From Methanomassiliicoccales archaeon (GTDB lineage Archaea > Thermoplasmatota > Thermoplasmata > Methanomassiliicoccales > JACIVX01): 64,000 nt of DNA. The stretch's first letter is position 1. Every line of letters starts with the position of its first letter. Below, piece after piece: positions 41,541 through 51,136 of this stretch. The DNA lies in assembly GCA_029907465.1 (NCBI GenBank), contig JARYLV010000001.1:76923-140922 (forward strand), given 5' to 3'. The notes under the pieces were generated by a model, which saw only the letters and a list, made by a program, of their open reading frames with translations, did no database searches and was not told the DNA's origin. The translations under genes and the position numbers were made by a program.

Positions 41541-42595
41541 GACATCCCTCCAGCCAAGCGAATTTTTCCTTTGAATTTTGCGTATGTCGCATAGTCAATG
41601 AATTTCTTGTTCTCGACGAGTTGTCTCACCGTGGGTGCCGCATCCCTTCGGAACCGCTGGATTTCTGGTGTGACGGTTATATCAAAAGCATCACTACCAG
41701 CACCTGATCCATACGCAACCGCAAAGATCCGTTCGTGCGGTTTCGCCACATCAAGGATCGCAGCAATACCCAGCGGTACGGAGCCACTGTACGTATTGCC
41801 GATGAATGGCGTCAGCAGTCCCGTCTCAATCTGGTCCTCTGTGAACCCAAGCTGCTTCGCAACCCTCACCGGGAATTTTCCATTCGGTTGATGAAAAACT
41901 GCATAGTCATAGTCTTCCGGTTTGGAACCCATGAGATTCATGAGTTCCTTACCACAATTGATGATGTGCTTGAAGTACGCCGGCTCACCTGTAAAACGAC
42001 CACCATGACTTGGATAAGGCTGTCCTTCCCGCCTCCAGAAATCAGGCGTATCAGTCGTATAAGAATAGGTGCGGTTGATCTTCGCGATGATCTTCTTTGC
42101 GCCGATGAGGAAAGCCGCACCGCCAGCAGACGCAGCGTATTCGAGCGCATCACCCGGCGCACCTTGTGATGTGTCTACACCTATGGCGACACCATATTTG
42201 ATCATACCAGCTCCAACCATCCCCATGCACGTCTGTATTGCGGCGGTTCCAGCTTTGCATGCAAACTCATAGTCTGCCGCAGTCAGTCCTGGCGAGGCTT
42301 CGATCGCTTCCGCCACAACCGTCCCTGTTGGCTTGACAGCATAGGGATGTGATTCTGAACCGACAAAAATGGCACCGATCTCTTTCGGATTAATCGAAAC
42401 CCGTTTCATCATGTTCCTCGCTGCTTCAACCGCGATCGTGATCGTATCCTCGTCGGGACCAGGAACAGACTTACTAAAGATGAGGAGGTTGCGGCTCATC
42501 ATCTCGCCATCAACACCCCAGACTCTACCGATCTCCTGGGGTGTTATTCTATATCTTGGAACATATGCACCATAGCTTACAATGCCAACATCCAT
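41537..42595 (-). CDS. hmgS: Hydroxymethylglutaryl-CoA synthase (archaeal type)
   Basis: '[17 protein letters not shown]...[12 protein letters not shown]...ACKAGT'. I set the start at the ATG at 42595. The ORF-track start at 42721 would overlap the upstream HTH gene. Confidence 0.9.
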   Translation of the reverse strand: MDVGIVSYGAYVPRYRITPQEIGRVWGVDGEMMSRNLLIFSKSVPGPDEDTITIAVEAARNMMKRVSINPKEIGAIFVGSESHPYAVKPTGTVVAEAIEASPGLTAADYEFACKAGTAAIQTCMGMVGAGMIKYGVAIGVDTSQGAPGDALEYAASAGGAAFLIGAKKIIAKINRTYSYTTDTPDFWRREGQPYPSHGGRFTGEPAYFKHIINCGKELMNLMGSKPEDYDYAVFHQPNGKFPVRVAKQLGFTEDQIETGLLTPFIGNTYSGSVPLGIAAILDVAKPHERIFAVAYGSGAGSDAFDITVTPEIQRFRRDAAPTVRQLVENKKFIDYATYAKFKGKIRLAGGMS

Positions 42596-42614
42596 TTCAA
42601 ACACCACCTTAAGT

Positions 42615-43298
42615 TTACCTGAGACGCTCGAGTCTCTCGACAAGAACTTGCATCGGCAGATCTGTTCTAATGAGCGGAATACCCTCGAGAGCCGCGAGTC
42701 TGATCGCAAGCTCATCCACATGTTCAGGCTTGTGATAACAGACCATAGCTGGCTTGAGAGGGTGAGCCCTGACAGCGATCATAGGAGATCTTCCGTATTT
42801 AACACCCGTAAAAATAAGCGCCCTCTCGCTACTCCATCCATAAATCTTGAGATAATCGAATGAGCTGAGAGAAATGATCGCCTTCATCGAATCGATGACG
42901 GTATAACCGTGAATATCCCTAACTAAGGGAAGACCTTTGGTCAAATTTTCGCCATCGATGACCTTGATGAAGTTCTCCACTGGCATACTCGTCTCAAATT
43001 CTTTCATGCTGATGATGCAGTCAGTCTTTTCACCGAAAGTGTATTTCTTAATCGTCTTACCACCAGTCTTTTCGTCAAGTTCAATAAGACCGTCGACGAT
43101 CTTTCTGATGATGACGATACCAGGAGACTTCCTCCTTCCAGATTCATAATCGCTAATGACCGATGGGGAGATTCCAAGATGCTTGGCGAGGGCTTGCTGG
43201 GAGATGTTGAACTCCTCCCTCCATTTCCTAATCGTTTTACCCACATCCGATGAAAGGGTGATATCCCCAGCGATCTTTTCCCTTAACTGCTCCTTCAT
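42615..43298 (-). CDS. XRE-type helix-turn-helix regulator with an uncharacterised C-terminal domain
   Basis: '[34 protein letters not shown]' (cro/C1 HTH). 227 aa. It is directly upstream of hmgS on the same strand. Confidence 0.75.
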   Translation of the reverse strand: MKEQLREKIAGDITLSSDVGKTIRKWREEFNISQQALAKHLGISPSVISDYESGRRKSPGIVIIRKIVDGLIELDEKTGGKTIKKYTFGEKTDCIISMKEFETSMPVENFIKVIDGENLTKGLPLVRDIHGYTVIDSMKAIISLSSFDYLKIYGWSSERALIFTGVKYGRSPMIAVRAHPLKPAMVCYHKPEHVDELAIRLAALEGIPLIRTDLPMQVLVERLERLR

Positions 43299-43456
43299 AA
43301 AGGGTTGTAAAGCAATGCAGTATTTAATATTTGTCGAATGACGAATACGACAGATTATAAAATCAACGCATCGGGAATCGGCGTCACCGGTTTCGTGGTA
43401 AAATAGATTATCAATGAAGAGCTCAAGTCACGGTTATCGAGCACAAGGGAAAAAGG

Positions 43457-43468
43457 AATAATATTTAT
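43457..43468 (+). promoter_or_regulatory. Putative archaeal TATA box for tRNA-Pro
   Basis: 'ATAATATTTATC' is centred about 35 nt upstream of the mature tRNA 5' end. This is compatible with a short leader. Confidence 0.4.
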
Positions 43469-43498
43469 CTGAGTTGCATATTCTGACCCGTTTCTCAC

Positions 43499-43572
43499 GG
43501 GGCTGTGGGGTAACTTGGCTATCCTTGTAGCTTCGGGAGCTATAGATTCCGGTTCAAATCCGGGCAGCCCCA
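43499..43572 (+). tRNA. tRNA-Pro (anticodon CGG); CCA not encoded
   Basis: Manual fold: acceptor GGGGCTG/CAGCCCC plus discriminator A; D-arm GGGT/ATCC; anticodon stem GTAGC/GCTAT with loop TTCGGGA (CGG); T-arm TCCGG-TTCAAAT-CCGGG. It closely resembles archaeal tRNA-Pro sequences as I remember them. Confidence 0.88.
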
Positions 43573-44267
43573 CTATTGTAGTATCAAGCAGGCAATGTCT
43601 CTTGGAAGATTGCCTAACGACAAGATGAGTACCCAAAGTACAAGTACCTTTAAATGGCTTTGAGTTTCCCGTGAGTTCTTAATCTAACAGGTTTGAACAA
43701 TCAAGTTTGAAATTTTTAGATTGAATTCTTGGAAAATTCTTTTTTAGTCTGAACAAGGGAGCACACATACCCTATCTAGGCATCCTGCAGTTCCTTTGCC
43801 TTGAAAAGGCCTGTCCATGTAATCAAGAAAAAGTTATTATTGTATAGGTGAATGGATTGTCCAAAAGACGGTGGGATCTTTCCACAGGATTCTCATTTAA
43901 GAGTCATTTATTCATCTGAAAGACGAATTGAATTTGAGATTACTGTTAAACATGGTGTAACGGATTCACCAATCAGCAGTCGGACTTTTTACTCCGGTTT
44001 GGAGAAACTTGGTTGAAATTCAACCCCCGAAAAAAAGATCGGTTGCATATGGTGTAATTTCAAGAATCATTTCAATTCGACGACAAAAGAACGACGAAAA
44101 TAAAGATGATAATTGCGGTGTTTCCAGAGTCTCTTATCGAGAGCTCCAATTTCACCTCGGGTCAACATCGTCGGATTCCCAATTGACAATACAATTCGTT
44201 TTCATCCCGACGACAATAAACGTGGCGAAATCATATAATCAAACTCGAGTGATCCGTCGTCCATTAT

Positions 44268-45323
44268 TTACCTTCCGTTTCTTTCAATCCTGATTCCACC
44301 AATGACAACCCTTGCAACTTTTTCATCAACTGGTGTGAACACTTTTAAAACTCCATTTTTAACATCGATTCCGACAACGACGCCAATGCCGAGTAGTTTT
44401 CCATCAGTTCCTAAGAGTCCGATTAATCGACCCATGCTATTTTGCCAATCTTTTCCGAAAACCACCCTGTCGTTACGAAATACCCTTATGCGTCCCTCTT
44501 TCAGATACTTTGCAAAAATGAGCTCTCTTAGCCTTCTTCTTGTTTCTGGGCTCCGAGGTTTAACATCCAAAGGTGGCTCAACAACAATGAAATCGTTACT
44601 GAAGCTTTGGAGTAAGGGGTTGAGCTCTGCATCCTTTGTTATAACGATAACAAGTGGTGACGGGAGCAGTCCGATTATTGATCTTTTGTAATTTAGTGCC
44701 TCATCATTTCCCACCCATCCATCAGTGTTCATGATAATGATTCTAGCCCTTCTCTCTTTTACCTTTTCCAACAATTTCTCCGCCATCGAAAGGACCTTTT
44801 TCTGAACGGAATAAGGGGATGTAACCCCCAGGAACATTGTCCAATCAGGACTCATCAGTTGGAGATCTGTTGTCTGTTCTCTTAGAATAACAAAACCAAT
44901 GGTGCCAGGAGGACCTATTTCTGATTGTCCTAAATCAGTATCTATGAAACATACGGGATCAAGACCATCTCTAATGCAACGGTTTATGAGATAAAGTCCC
45001 AAACTCGATTTTCCTGAGTCATTACCACCGATTATTGCTACAGAAGGGGGGGTCTTTTTGATAATCGCATCAGCACACTCGATCCATGATCGAGGAATCG
45101 TATTTCCCTCTTTGACTGTATATGTCGAATCGACGCCAAGTCTCATCTTGATTTTGGCTGGAGCAATCGCGTAAAAAGGGAGCCTCCTATTCTCTTTTAC
45201 AATCGTCATTGATTGAGCCCTTTTTTCAGCTCCAAACACTTCAATAATACCGCTTTCTACCCAGACTGACGCGGGGCCATCAACCAATAGGGTACTATCT
45301 GGACATAATTCCAATTCAATCAT
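44268..45323 (-). CDS. Clp1/Grc3-family polynucleotide 5'-hydroxyl kinase
   Basis: P-loop 'IIGGNDSGKSSLGLYL' followed by 'IDTDLGQSEIGPPGTIG', the Clp1 signature. 351 aa. Confidence 0.8.
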   Translation of the reverse strand: MIELELCPDSTLLVDGPASVWVESGIIEVFGAEKRAQSMTIVKENRRLPFYAIAPAKIKMRLGVDSTYTVKEGNTIPRSWIECADAIIKKTPPSVAIIGGNDSGKSSLGLYLINRCIRDGLDPVCFIDTDLGQSEIGPPGTIGFVILREQTTDLQLMSPDWTMFLGVTSPYSVQKKVLSMAEKLLEKVKERRARIIIMNTDGWVGNDEALNYKRSIIGLLPSPLVIVITKDAELNPLLQSFSNDFIVVEPPLDVKPRSPETRRRLRELIFAKYLKEGRIRVFRNDRVVFGKDWQNSMGRLIGLLGTDGKLLGIGVVVGIDVKNGVLKVFTPVDEKVARVVIGGIRIERNGR

Positions 45324-46477
45324 TTCTGACCCTCCTAATGATCGAGTTATCGCGCGTCAACCAGATCCAATGTTAGTTCTTCACAGTCAAGAAGACTTCA
45401 TTTCATTTGAATCTATTGCGGATGTCCTAGTGCATTCTCCAGGAAAGCTCCAGTGATATCCATCAGCAATACCCCGAACTCTTGGTTTCCCGCTGTTCTA
45501 TAAAAATGGGAGGCGTGGCGAAACATTGGAGTCCGATGATATCGTTCATTAAGGTCAAATTCATGGAATTTACAATCAGGGCCAAAGAAATGCGAGGTTT
45601 TTCACAGTTATCTTTGTCAATTCAAATTCCCTTCAATTAAGAACTGCTCTTCCGGGAACAGACCAGGCACAAGAAAGCAGTCGGACGGATCCGAGAATAT
45701 CACTCTGAAGACATTGTTCCAAAAGAAAAACCCGTCTAGAACATTACCTGCCTAGATCTTACACTCTTATCCGCCACCACTTCATTATCCTCACTATATC
45801 GTCGAGTTGAGAGGACATTCGTTGCTTGGAGCCAAAAACACGATCGCGAGCTCAGAACTCTATGCTCAATTGGGTTGTTTTCCTCCCCTTCGGCGATTGA
45901 AGAGCTATTGGATTATATTTAGCCCACATCGTTAAGAGTGTAGAAGGATTGAGGAAGCCCTATTACGCATATCGAGGTCATGCTTTTCCTGCAAACAATC
46001 ATCTCTTAAGTCGTTGGTTTTCTCCCCTTGACTATGGTGCTCCAATGTATTGAGACTTGAAGAATGTAACGGGGCGTCATGGCGAAACAGTGCCTATAAA
46101 CCATAGGCAGAGCAAATTGCCCTGGATTTATGGAAATGGGTTCAAGAGTCCGATGATCTTTCCAACTGGATAAATAAATAGATCAAGGGATGGAGGTCGA
46201 CGAGGTAATATTCAACTGATGCCTAGAAGATTATAAGATGATCCAAAGATTGTATCCATGCTTGCGCACGGTTCGAACACTACATTGCTGAACACAAAGA
46301 TAGAATTAGTTAGTGCGAAATGATCTGGGACATCACCGTTCAAATTCGTCCTCGATCGGCCCTTCAAAAATTCCGGTTCTAAGCGGAGAATTTGAAGCAT
46401 ATATTTATTAACAATTTGGTGGCTAGAATTGTGCGCTCAGGAGGAGAAAATCTCCATTTAACTGGAGAGGAGGTGAT

Positions 46478-46987
46478 TTGCTGGGAGAGCTGTTGTTAGG
46501 GCTTCCCGCTTTATATATTGGCGGGGTGCTCGTAGTAGCTTTGCTCGTTCTTATGGGATACGCTGATCAGAAGGGTGCATCTATCTTCATCTTGTTAGTC
46601 GCCTTTCTAGCGACGGCTGTAGGTTTCTACAACTGGCTAGTCCTAAACAGCCCATTAGCTATGGCGCAAGTGCTGCTTTTCGCATTCACATATTGGATCC
46701 TTGGATATAGCTGGTACACTGGCGCAACTGACAATAGGACGCTTGGATGGTACTGTCTGTTCGTGGCCGTCAACGTAATACCGTTTGCCTACTACGTTTG
46801 GGACGCGGGAATGTACATACTTGGGGTCAACTGGGTGCTATGGGGACTGGCATGGTTCATGTTCTGGGTCGTCATGGGAATTCAGAGAACACAATTCATG
46901 AAGCTCACAATGGTCATAACCTGGATCGCAGCAATCGTCGTATGGATATGCGGGCTTGGATGGTTGCTTGGGTGGTTTGGCTTCTGA
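46478..46987 (+). CDS. AmiS/UreI-family channel (urea/short-chain amide)
   Basis: 169 aa with 6 TM segments. 'LLFAFTYWILGYSWYTG...LGWYCLFVAVNVIPFAYY' aligns with H. pylori UreI 'LLFGFTYLYAAINHTFG...YSWYSLFVAINTIPAAIL' as I recall it. TTG start directly after GGAGAGGAGGTGAT. Confidence 0.75.
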   Translation: MLGELLLGLPALYIGGVLVVALLVLMGYADQKGASIFILLVAFLATAVGFYNWLVLNSPLAMAQVLLFAFTYWILGYSWYTGATDNRTLGWYCLFVAVNVIPFAYYVWDAGMYILGVNWVLWGLAWFMFWVVMGIQRTQFMKLTMVITWIAAIVVWICGLGWLLGWFGF

Positions 46988-47698
46988 ATAGAAAAAGAGT
47001 AGTCCTTGGAATACGTTTCCTTCGAAAAATCATTGAAATTCATATTCGGAAGGAACAAAACATCTGAGCCGGATTCACTGAGTGTCGACTATAGATGGAT
47101 ACATATGGAATCATTTTATTGTGATATCCCATTTAATGAGATTTGACAATAAAATCTATAACAAAGTAGAACACCAGGGCGAGCGCGAATAGTGGCGATG
47201 GTCTTGGGTGGATCGTTCATTTGAGCGGACAGTGACTAGATACTGAGAAAATGGACTGCCCAGGTCACAAAATTCTTGCCAACGTCTTCCCTGATTTGGA
47301 TTCTCGGATTCGCTATAGGAAGATCCGACAGATCGAAAACAGTAGCAATACGACAATATGATGAGGTTCACACGACGCCCCAGATGTCGTTGATCACAAC
47401 AAGGCTCACTGGTCTTGCAATATACAGTCGTTCGAATCAAACGTCTCTAATGCCCTTGATGAGTATCGATAGAGAGGGCAATGAAGGAAGAAATTGTGAG
47501 GATTAAGAAATCCTCAAATGAGATCGGAGAGTATTCCAGTCATTGTTATCAAAGGAAAAGAATTGAAACCGTCTCCCACAGAGAATCGATATACACATTG
47601 CAGAAATCCGCAAGAGTTCCTGCGCTATGATGAAAAGATTGAAAAGATCGCTAGCAAAATAAAAGTGAGGATTAACGAAAGAGTTGCATGGTGAGTGA

Positions 47699-47905
47699 AT
47701 GAAAGATAAAATTTGCAAACAACAGGAGAATATAGAGCACTGTTCGTGCACTTACGAACCGTGCGTTCGAAAAGGGGTTTGCTGCGAATGCATCAGATAT
47801 CACTGGAGGAATCGAGAGCTCCCCGCATGTTTTTTCCCCAAGGATGTGGAGCGAACCTACGATAGATCGCTAGAGCGTTTCATTGAATGCTACAGCAGGA
47901 AATGA
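47699..47905 (+). CDS. Small Cys-rich protein, DUF6485-like
   Basis: 68 aa. 'HCSCTYEPCVRKGVCCECIRYHWRNRELPACFFP' matches my memory of the DUF6485 pattern (C-x-C...C...CC-x-C...H...PAC). GGTGAG lies upstream of the ATG. Confidence 0.6.
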   Translation: MKDKICKQQENIEHCSCTYEPCVRKGVCCECIRYHWRNRELPACFFPKDVERTYDRSLERFIECYSRK

Positions 47906-48386
47906 TCACTCGATTTTGGACCAAACTCATTTTCATCGATAGTTGTGAAGTCGAATTCGGAATAGACGAGAGCAGACTGTCGTTAAATAGGAAAGCAAAT
48001 CGTTCGACTGAGCATTGATTTGTATATCCGTAATGAAGACCCGAAAAAGATAGGGGTCATCGAATCATCGAATATTTACCAGATAAATCATAACGGATTC
48101 TTATCGGAGAGTACATAATTTCTTTGATCTAGTTGAAAAGGAGTTTGATTACTTATTATGAAAAAAACAACTGGCACTTCGATTTGGTATAATGATACTT
48201 AATTGGAGAATTTCTGATTGATGCTGAAAAACCCAATCGTATAAAGAGGGGGTGTAAACTCCCGAAAATTCTTCTTACAAAGCAATCGTTCTTTTTTTCT
48301 CACAGAAAAAATGATTGGCCCCGTCTCAAAGAATCCAAAAAAAGACGATTGGCCAGATTGAATTTCGTCTCTATTCTGAGACAGCT

Positions 48387-49982
48387 CTAGTTTTTTTCTT
48401 TTCCTTCTATAATTGAAAATCTTCGATTTTTCTTGACGCTTCCTCTTTTCAACACTGGATTCAATATATTCCCTTGCGACTCCTCGGTGATATCATGGCC
48501 AGTGCAGACGAGCATTCTTACATTACCTCTCTCATCCAGGATGGGTACTTTGGTTATCGCGATTTTTCGCTTCCCCTTTTTCGTACTGATCCACTCAACA
48601 CCCTTATAAATTCGCTTTTCCTCAAATGCAATCTTGTTGCCCTGGATACATATTTCTGCCGTTTCAGCTGGGATAACCTCCCGTATTTTCTTTCCTTTTA
48701 AATCCTCTTTCGCCATTCCTAGAAACTCTGCTCGGGCCTTATTGACGGGCCCGTAGGTTTCTGGGTCGATTGCACACCAAATCTGTGTATCAATGCTATC
48801 GAGCAGTGTTTCCAGCTCTCTCGTTTTTTCTTTTAACTCTTCTTCCATCAATTTCCGATCAGTGATATCAATAACATTGCCCAAGATAGCAGGTTTCCCT
48901 TCGAAATCGATTATTGCGGGAATGAGTTCGACCCATCTCCCTTCGCCTTTTTTATTGAGTACGATAAATTCAACAGTCAAAGGCAGTCCTTGTACCTCCC
49001 CTCTGAGAGCCTTCTCAGTGAGTGTCTTCATCAACTCTCTGTGTTCAGGATGGATTAGTTCCAGATAATTGATGTTCATCAATTCTTGCTCTGAATAACC
49101 TAAGAATTCAATCATTCTTCGATTTACGAATTTGAATTTACCATCCTGGAAGATGTAGATGCCAGACGGCGACGACTCAGTTACATCCCTATACCTTTTC
49201 TCGCTTTGTTGGAGAGCGTGCATCATTCTCCTTAACTCCGTCACATCTCTGGCTGTGAGAATGAACTCGGTTCTGCCTTTCGGATCAATGCTTCCCTTAC
49301 CAGTGACTTCAAATACTCTCCATCCACCAATCTTATGGCGGAATCTCAAATCGAATTGGTCGATCTTCCCTGGCTTTGTCGACAATCGTTCTACCGATTT
49401 TTCAAATATTTGGACATCATCCATGTGCAGAAATTGTGACAAATTCGTCCCGATCAATTCTTCGGGATCGTATCCAAGTATCTTTTTGACGGACGGGCTA
49501 ATGTATTTGATCGTGTCAATAGGACTCATGATTATGAAGATATCAAATGACTCCTCGATTAGTGATCTAAATCTTCTCGCATTGTACTCTAAGGCTTCTT
49601 CCATATCGCGTTTGATGGCTGCTTGGCGAATCAGATGTACAAGCTCCGCGAATTGCGATGCCAGATCTCCCCCCTTTTTGATATAGAAGTCCGCTCCTTT
49701 ATTTAGGGCATCGATAACTACTTCCTCCCTTCCTTTTCCCGTGAAGAGTATGAACGGAATTCTGCTGTTTCTTTTCCTGACAATTTCAAGAAATTCGATA
49801 CCATCAATCTCGGGCATCTGGTAATCACACACAATTACATCGAATCTACTGTGATCGAGCTCCATGATTGCCTGCCGCGGTGATTCGCAAACAGTCACTG
49901 TGATATCTGCCTCTCTTTCGAGATAAGCCTTGCCTATTTCTAGGAGCGCTGGCTCGTCGTCGACAAGCAGGACCTTCAACAT
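48387..49982 (-). CDS. Response-regulator receiver domain fused to tandem PAS domains (no recognisable output or kinase domain)
   Basis: REC: 'MLKVLLVDDEPALL...VIVCDYQMPEIDG...FILFTGKG...GADFYIKKG'. At least three PAS-like blocks follow ('ARDVTELRR', 'VIDITDRK', 'GHDITEE' endings). I set the start at the ATG at 49982; the ORF-track start at 50105 adds 41 implausible residues. Confidence 0.8.
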   Translation of the reverse strand: MLKVLLVDDEPALLEIGKAYLEREADITVTVCESPRQAIMELDHSRFDVIVCDYQMPEIDGIEFLEIVRKRNSRIPFILFTGKGREEVVIDALNKGADFYIKKGGDLASQFAELVHLIRQAAIKRDMEEALEYNARRFRSLIEESFDIFIIMSPIDTIKYISPSVKKILGYDPEELIGTNLSQFLHMDDVQIFEKSVERLSTKPGKIDQFDLRFRHKIGGWRVFEVTGKGSIDPKGRTEFILTARDVTELRRMMHALQQSEKRYRDVTESSPSGIYIFQDGKFKFVNRRMIEFLGYSEQELMNINYLELIHPEHRELMKTLTEKALRGEVQGLPLTVEFIVLNKKGEGRWVELIPAIIDFEGKPAILGNVIDITDRKLMEEELKEKTRELETLLDSIDTQIWCAIDPETYGPVNKARAEFLGMAKEDLKGKKIREVIPAETAEICIQGNKIAFEEKRIYKGVEWISTKKGKRKIAITKVPILDERGNVRMLVCTGHDITEESQGNILNPVLKRGSVKKNRRFSIIEGKEKN

Positions 49983-50452
49983 AGCATGCCCCTGTATTAT
50001 GAAATCGTAATGGTGAACAAAAAAGGAATAATTAATGAATTTCCGTAAGGTTCTCATTCCTGATAATGAGGGTCGTGAAAATCGTAAAGGAGCGAACGAA
50101 ATCAAGAAAAAGATGATGGATCTCTGGAGTATGTTAAATGATCAGAATTTATATATAATTCGACTCATTTAATAATTTTTTATTATATAAAAAAATAACC
50201 GTGATCCCTTCTCATATCAGGAGACACTGATGCAACCATTACAAATGATGATCCAACTGGGAAGAAGTCTGTTAAGTTCCAAATGAGCTAACTATACTTC
50301 CAAGTATTATACGATAATGAGATCTAACGCCCGCAAGCGCTTCCAAATATGTGTTAATGAGTTATCGAAGTCTGTTTAATGTCCCTGCATATCTGTTTAT
50401 CTCACCCACGATCATTCCGCATTAAAGATACCTGATGCCATCATCGGTCTCA

Positions 50453-51136
50453 TCACATAATTTTTTGGGAATGTCTTACCCGTTCAACCCGCTCACCTGA
50501 TATCATGTAAATGACTCGTTCCCCAATATTACACGCATGATCTGCAATGCGCTCGAGATACCTCGCGATAAGAATGAAACGCATGCCCATCGGCACTTTT
50601 TTTGGGTCTTCCATCATATATGTGAGAACCTCTCTGAATATACTCTCATATAGCGCGTCAACCTCATCGTCTCGCTCAAAAAGGTCGAGCGCTTTATCAG
50701 CGTCCCTTTTAATAAAACTCTCAACGGCATCGTCGACCATTCTAATCACCAGAGAAGCCATATGTGGAATACTGACAAGTCGTTTGAAATACCTCTGCCC
50801 TTCGAGAAAGTCGATCACTTCCGCGATATCTCGTGCATACCTACCAATCCTGTTGAGGTCTGTAATCATTTTGAGGGAGGTAGATACGATTCTCAAATCA
50901 CTAGCGACTGGGGAGTGAAGAGCAATGAGGTCAATACAATGTTTTTCAATTTTCAAATCCCATTGGTAAATCGCATCATCGAGTTTCTTGACCTCATCCT
51001 TGAGAGCGAACTCCTCGTTGACGATCGCTCTAATCGCCTTGTCTATCGCTTCCCTTGCCAATTTTCCCATTTCTGCGACTTCCTCGTTGAGCTTCGCGAG
51101 CTCGTCGCTCAAAACAATCCTTGTCAACTCAACCAA
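50453..51136 (-). CDS. phoU: Phosphate transport system regulator PhoU
   Basis: Two PhoU repeats ('[14 protein letters not shown]', '[12 protein letters not shown]'). It is the last gene of the pst operon and overlaps pstB by 8 nt. Confidence 0.9.
   Translation of the reverse strand: MVELTRIVLSDELAKLNEEVAEMGKLAREAIDKAIRAIVNEEFALKDEVKKLDDAIYQWDLKIEKHCIDLIALHSPVASDLRIVSTSLKMITDLNRIGRYARDIAEVIDFLEGQRYFKRLVSIPHMASLVIRMVDDAVESFIKRDADKALDLFERDDEVDALYESIFREVLTYMMEDPKKVPMGMRFILIARYLERIADHACNIGERVIYMISGERVERVRHSQKIM

Noticed and set aside
42596-42721. N-terminal extension of the HMG-CoA synthase ORF
   Set aside because: It overlaps the 3' end of the HTH regulator gene. The conserved HMGS N-terminus '[13 protein letters not shown]' starts at 42595.
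43355-43636. 93-aa minus-strand ORF in the ORF track
   Set aside because: It lies directly antisense over the well-folded tRNA-Pro (43499-43572) and has no family resemblance. It is a spurious ORF.
46135-46160. Resemblance of 'GGGTTCAAGAGTCCGA' to guanidine-I (ykkC) riboswitch conserved segments, upstream of a urea/amide channel
   Set aside because: Only two short fragments (GGGUUC, GUCCGA) match. They are adjacent here, not separated by the expected helices, and the remaining conserved ykkC nucleotides are absent.
46146-46220. Possible archaeal C/D-box sRNA (CGATGAT ... CTGA about 60 nt apart)
   Set aside because: The putative C box lacks the consensus U (RUGAUGA). No convincing internal D'/C' boxes or terminal stem could be found by eye, which is too weak to call.
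46336-46352. 'CCGTTCAAATTCGTCC' as a possible att-like repeat of the tRNA-Pro T-arm (CCGGTTCAAATCCGGGC)
   Set aside because: Only about 12 scattered matches, centred on the generic TTCAAAT loop, which is within chance expectation. The acceptor-stem portion is not repeated.
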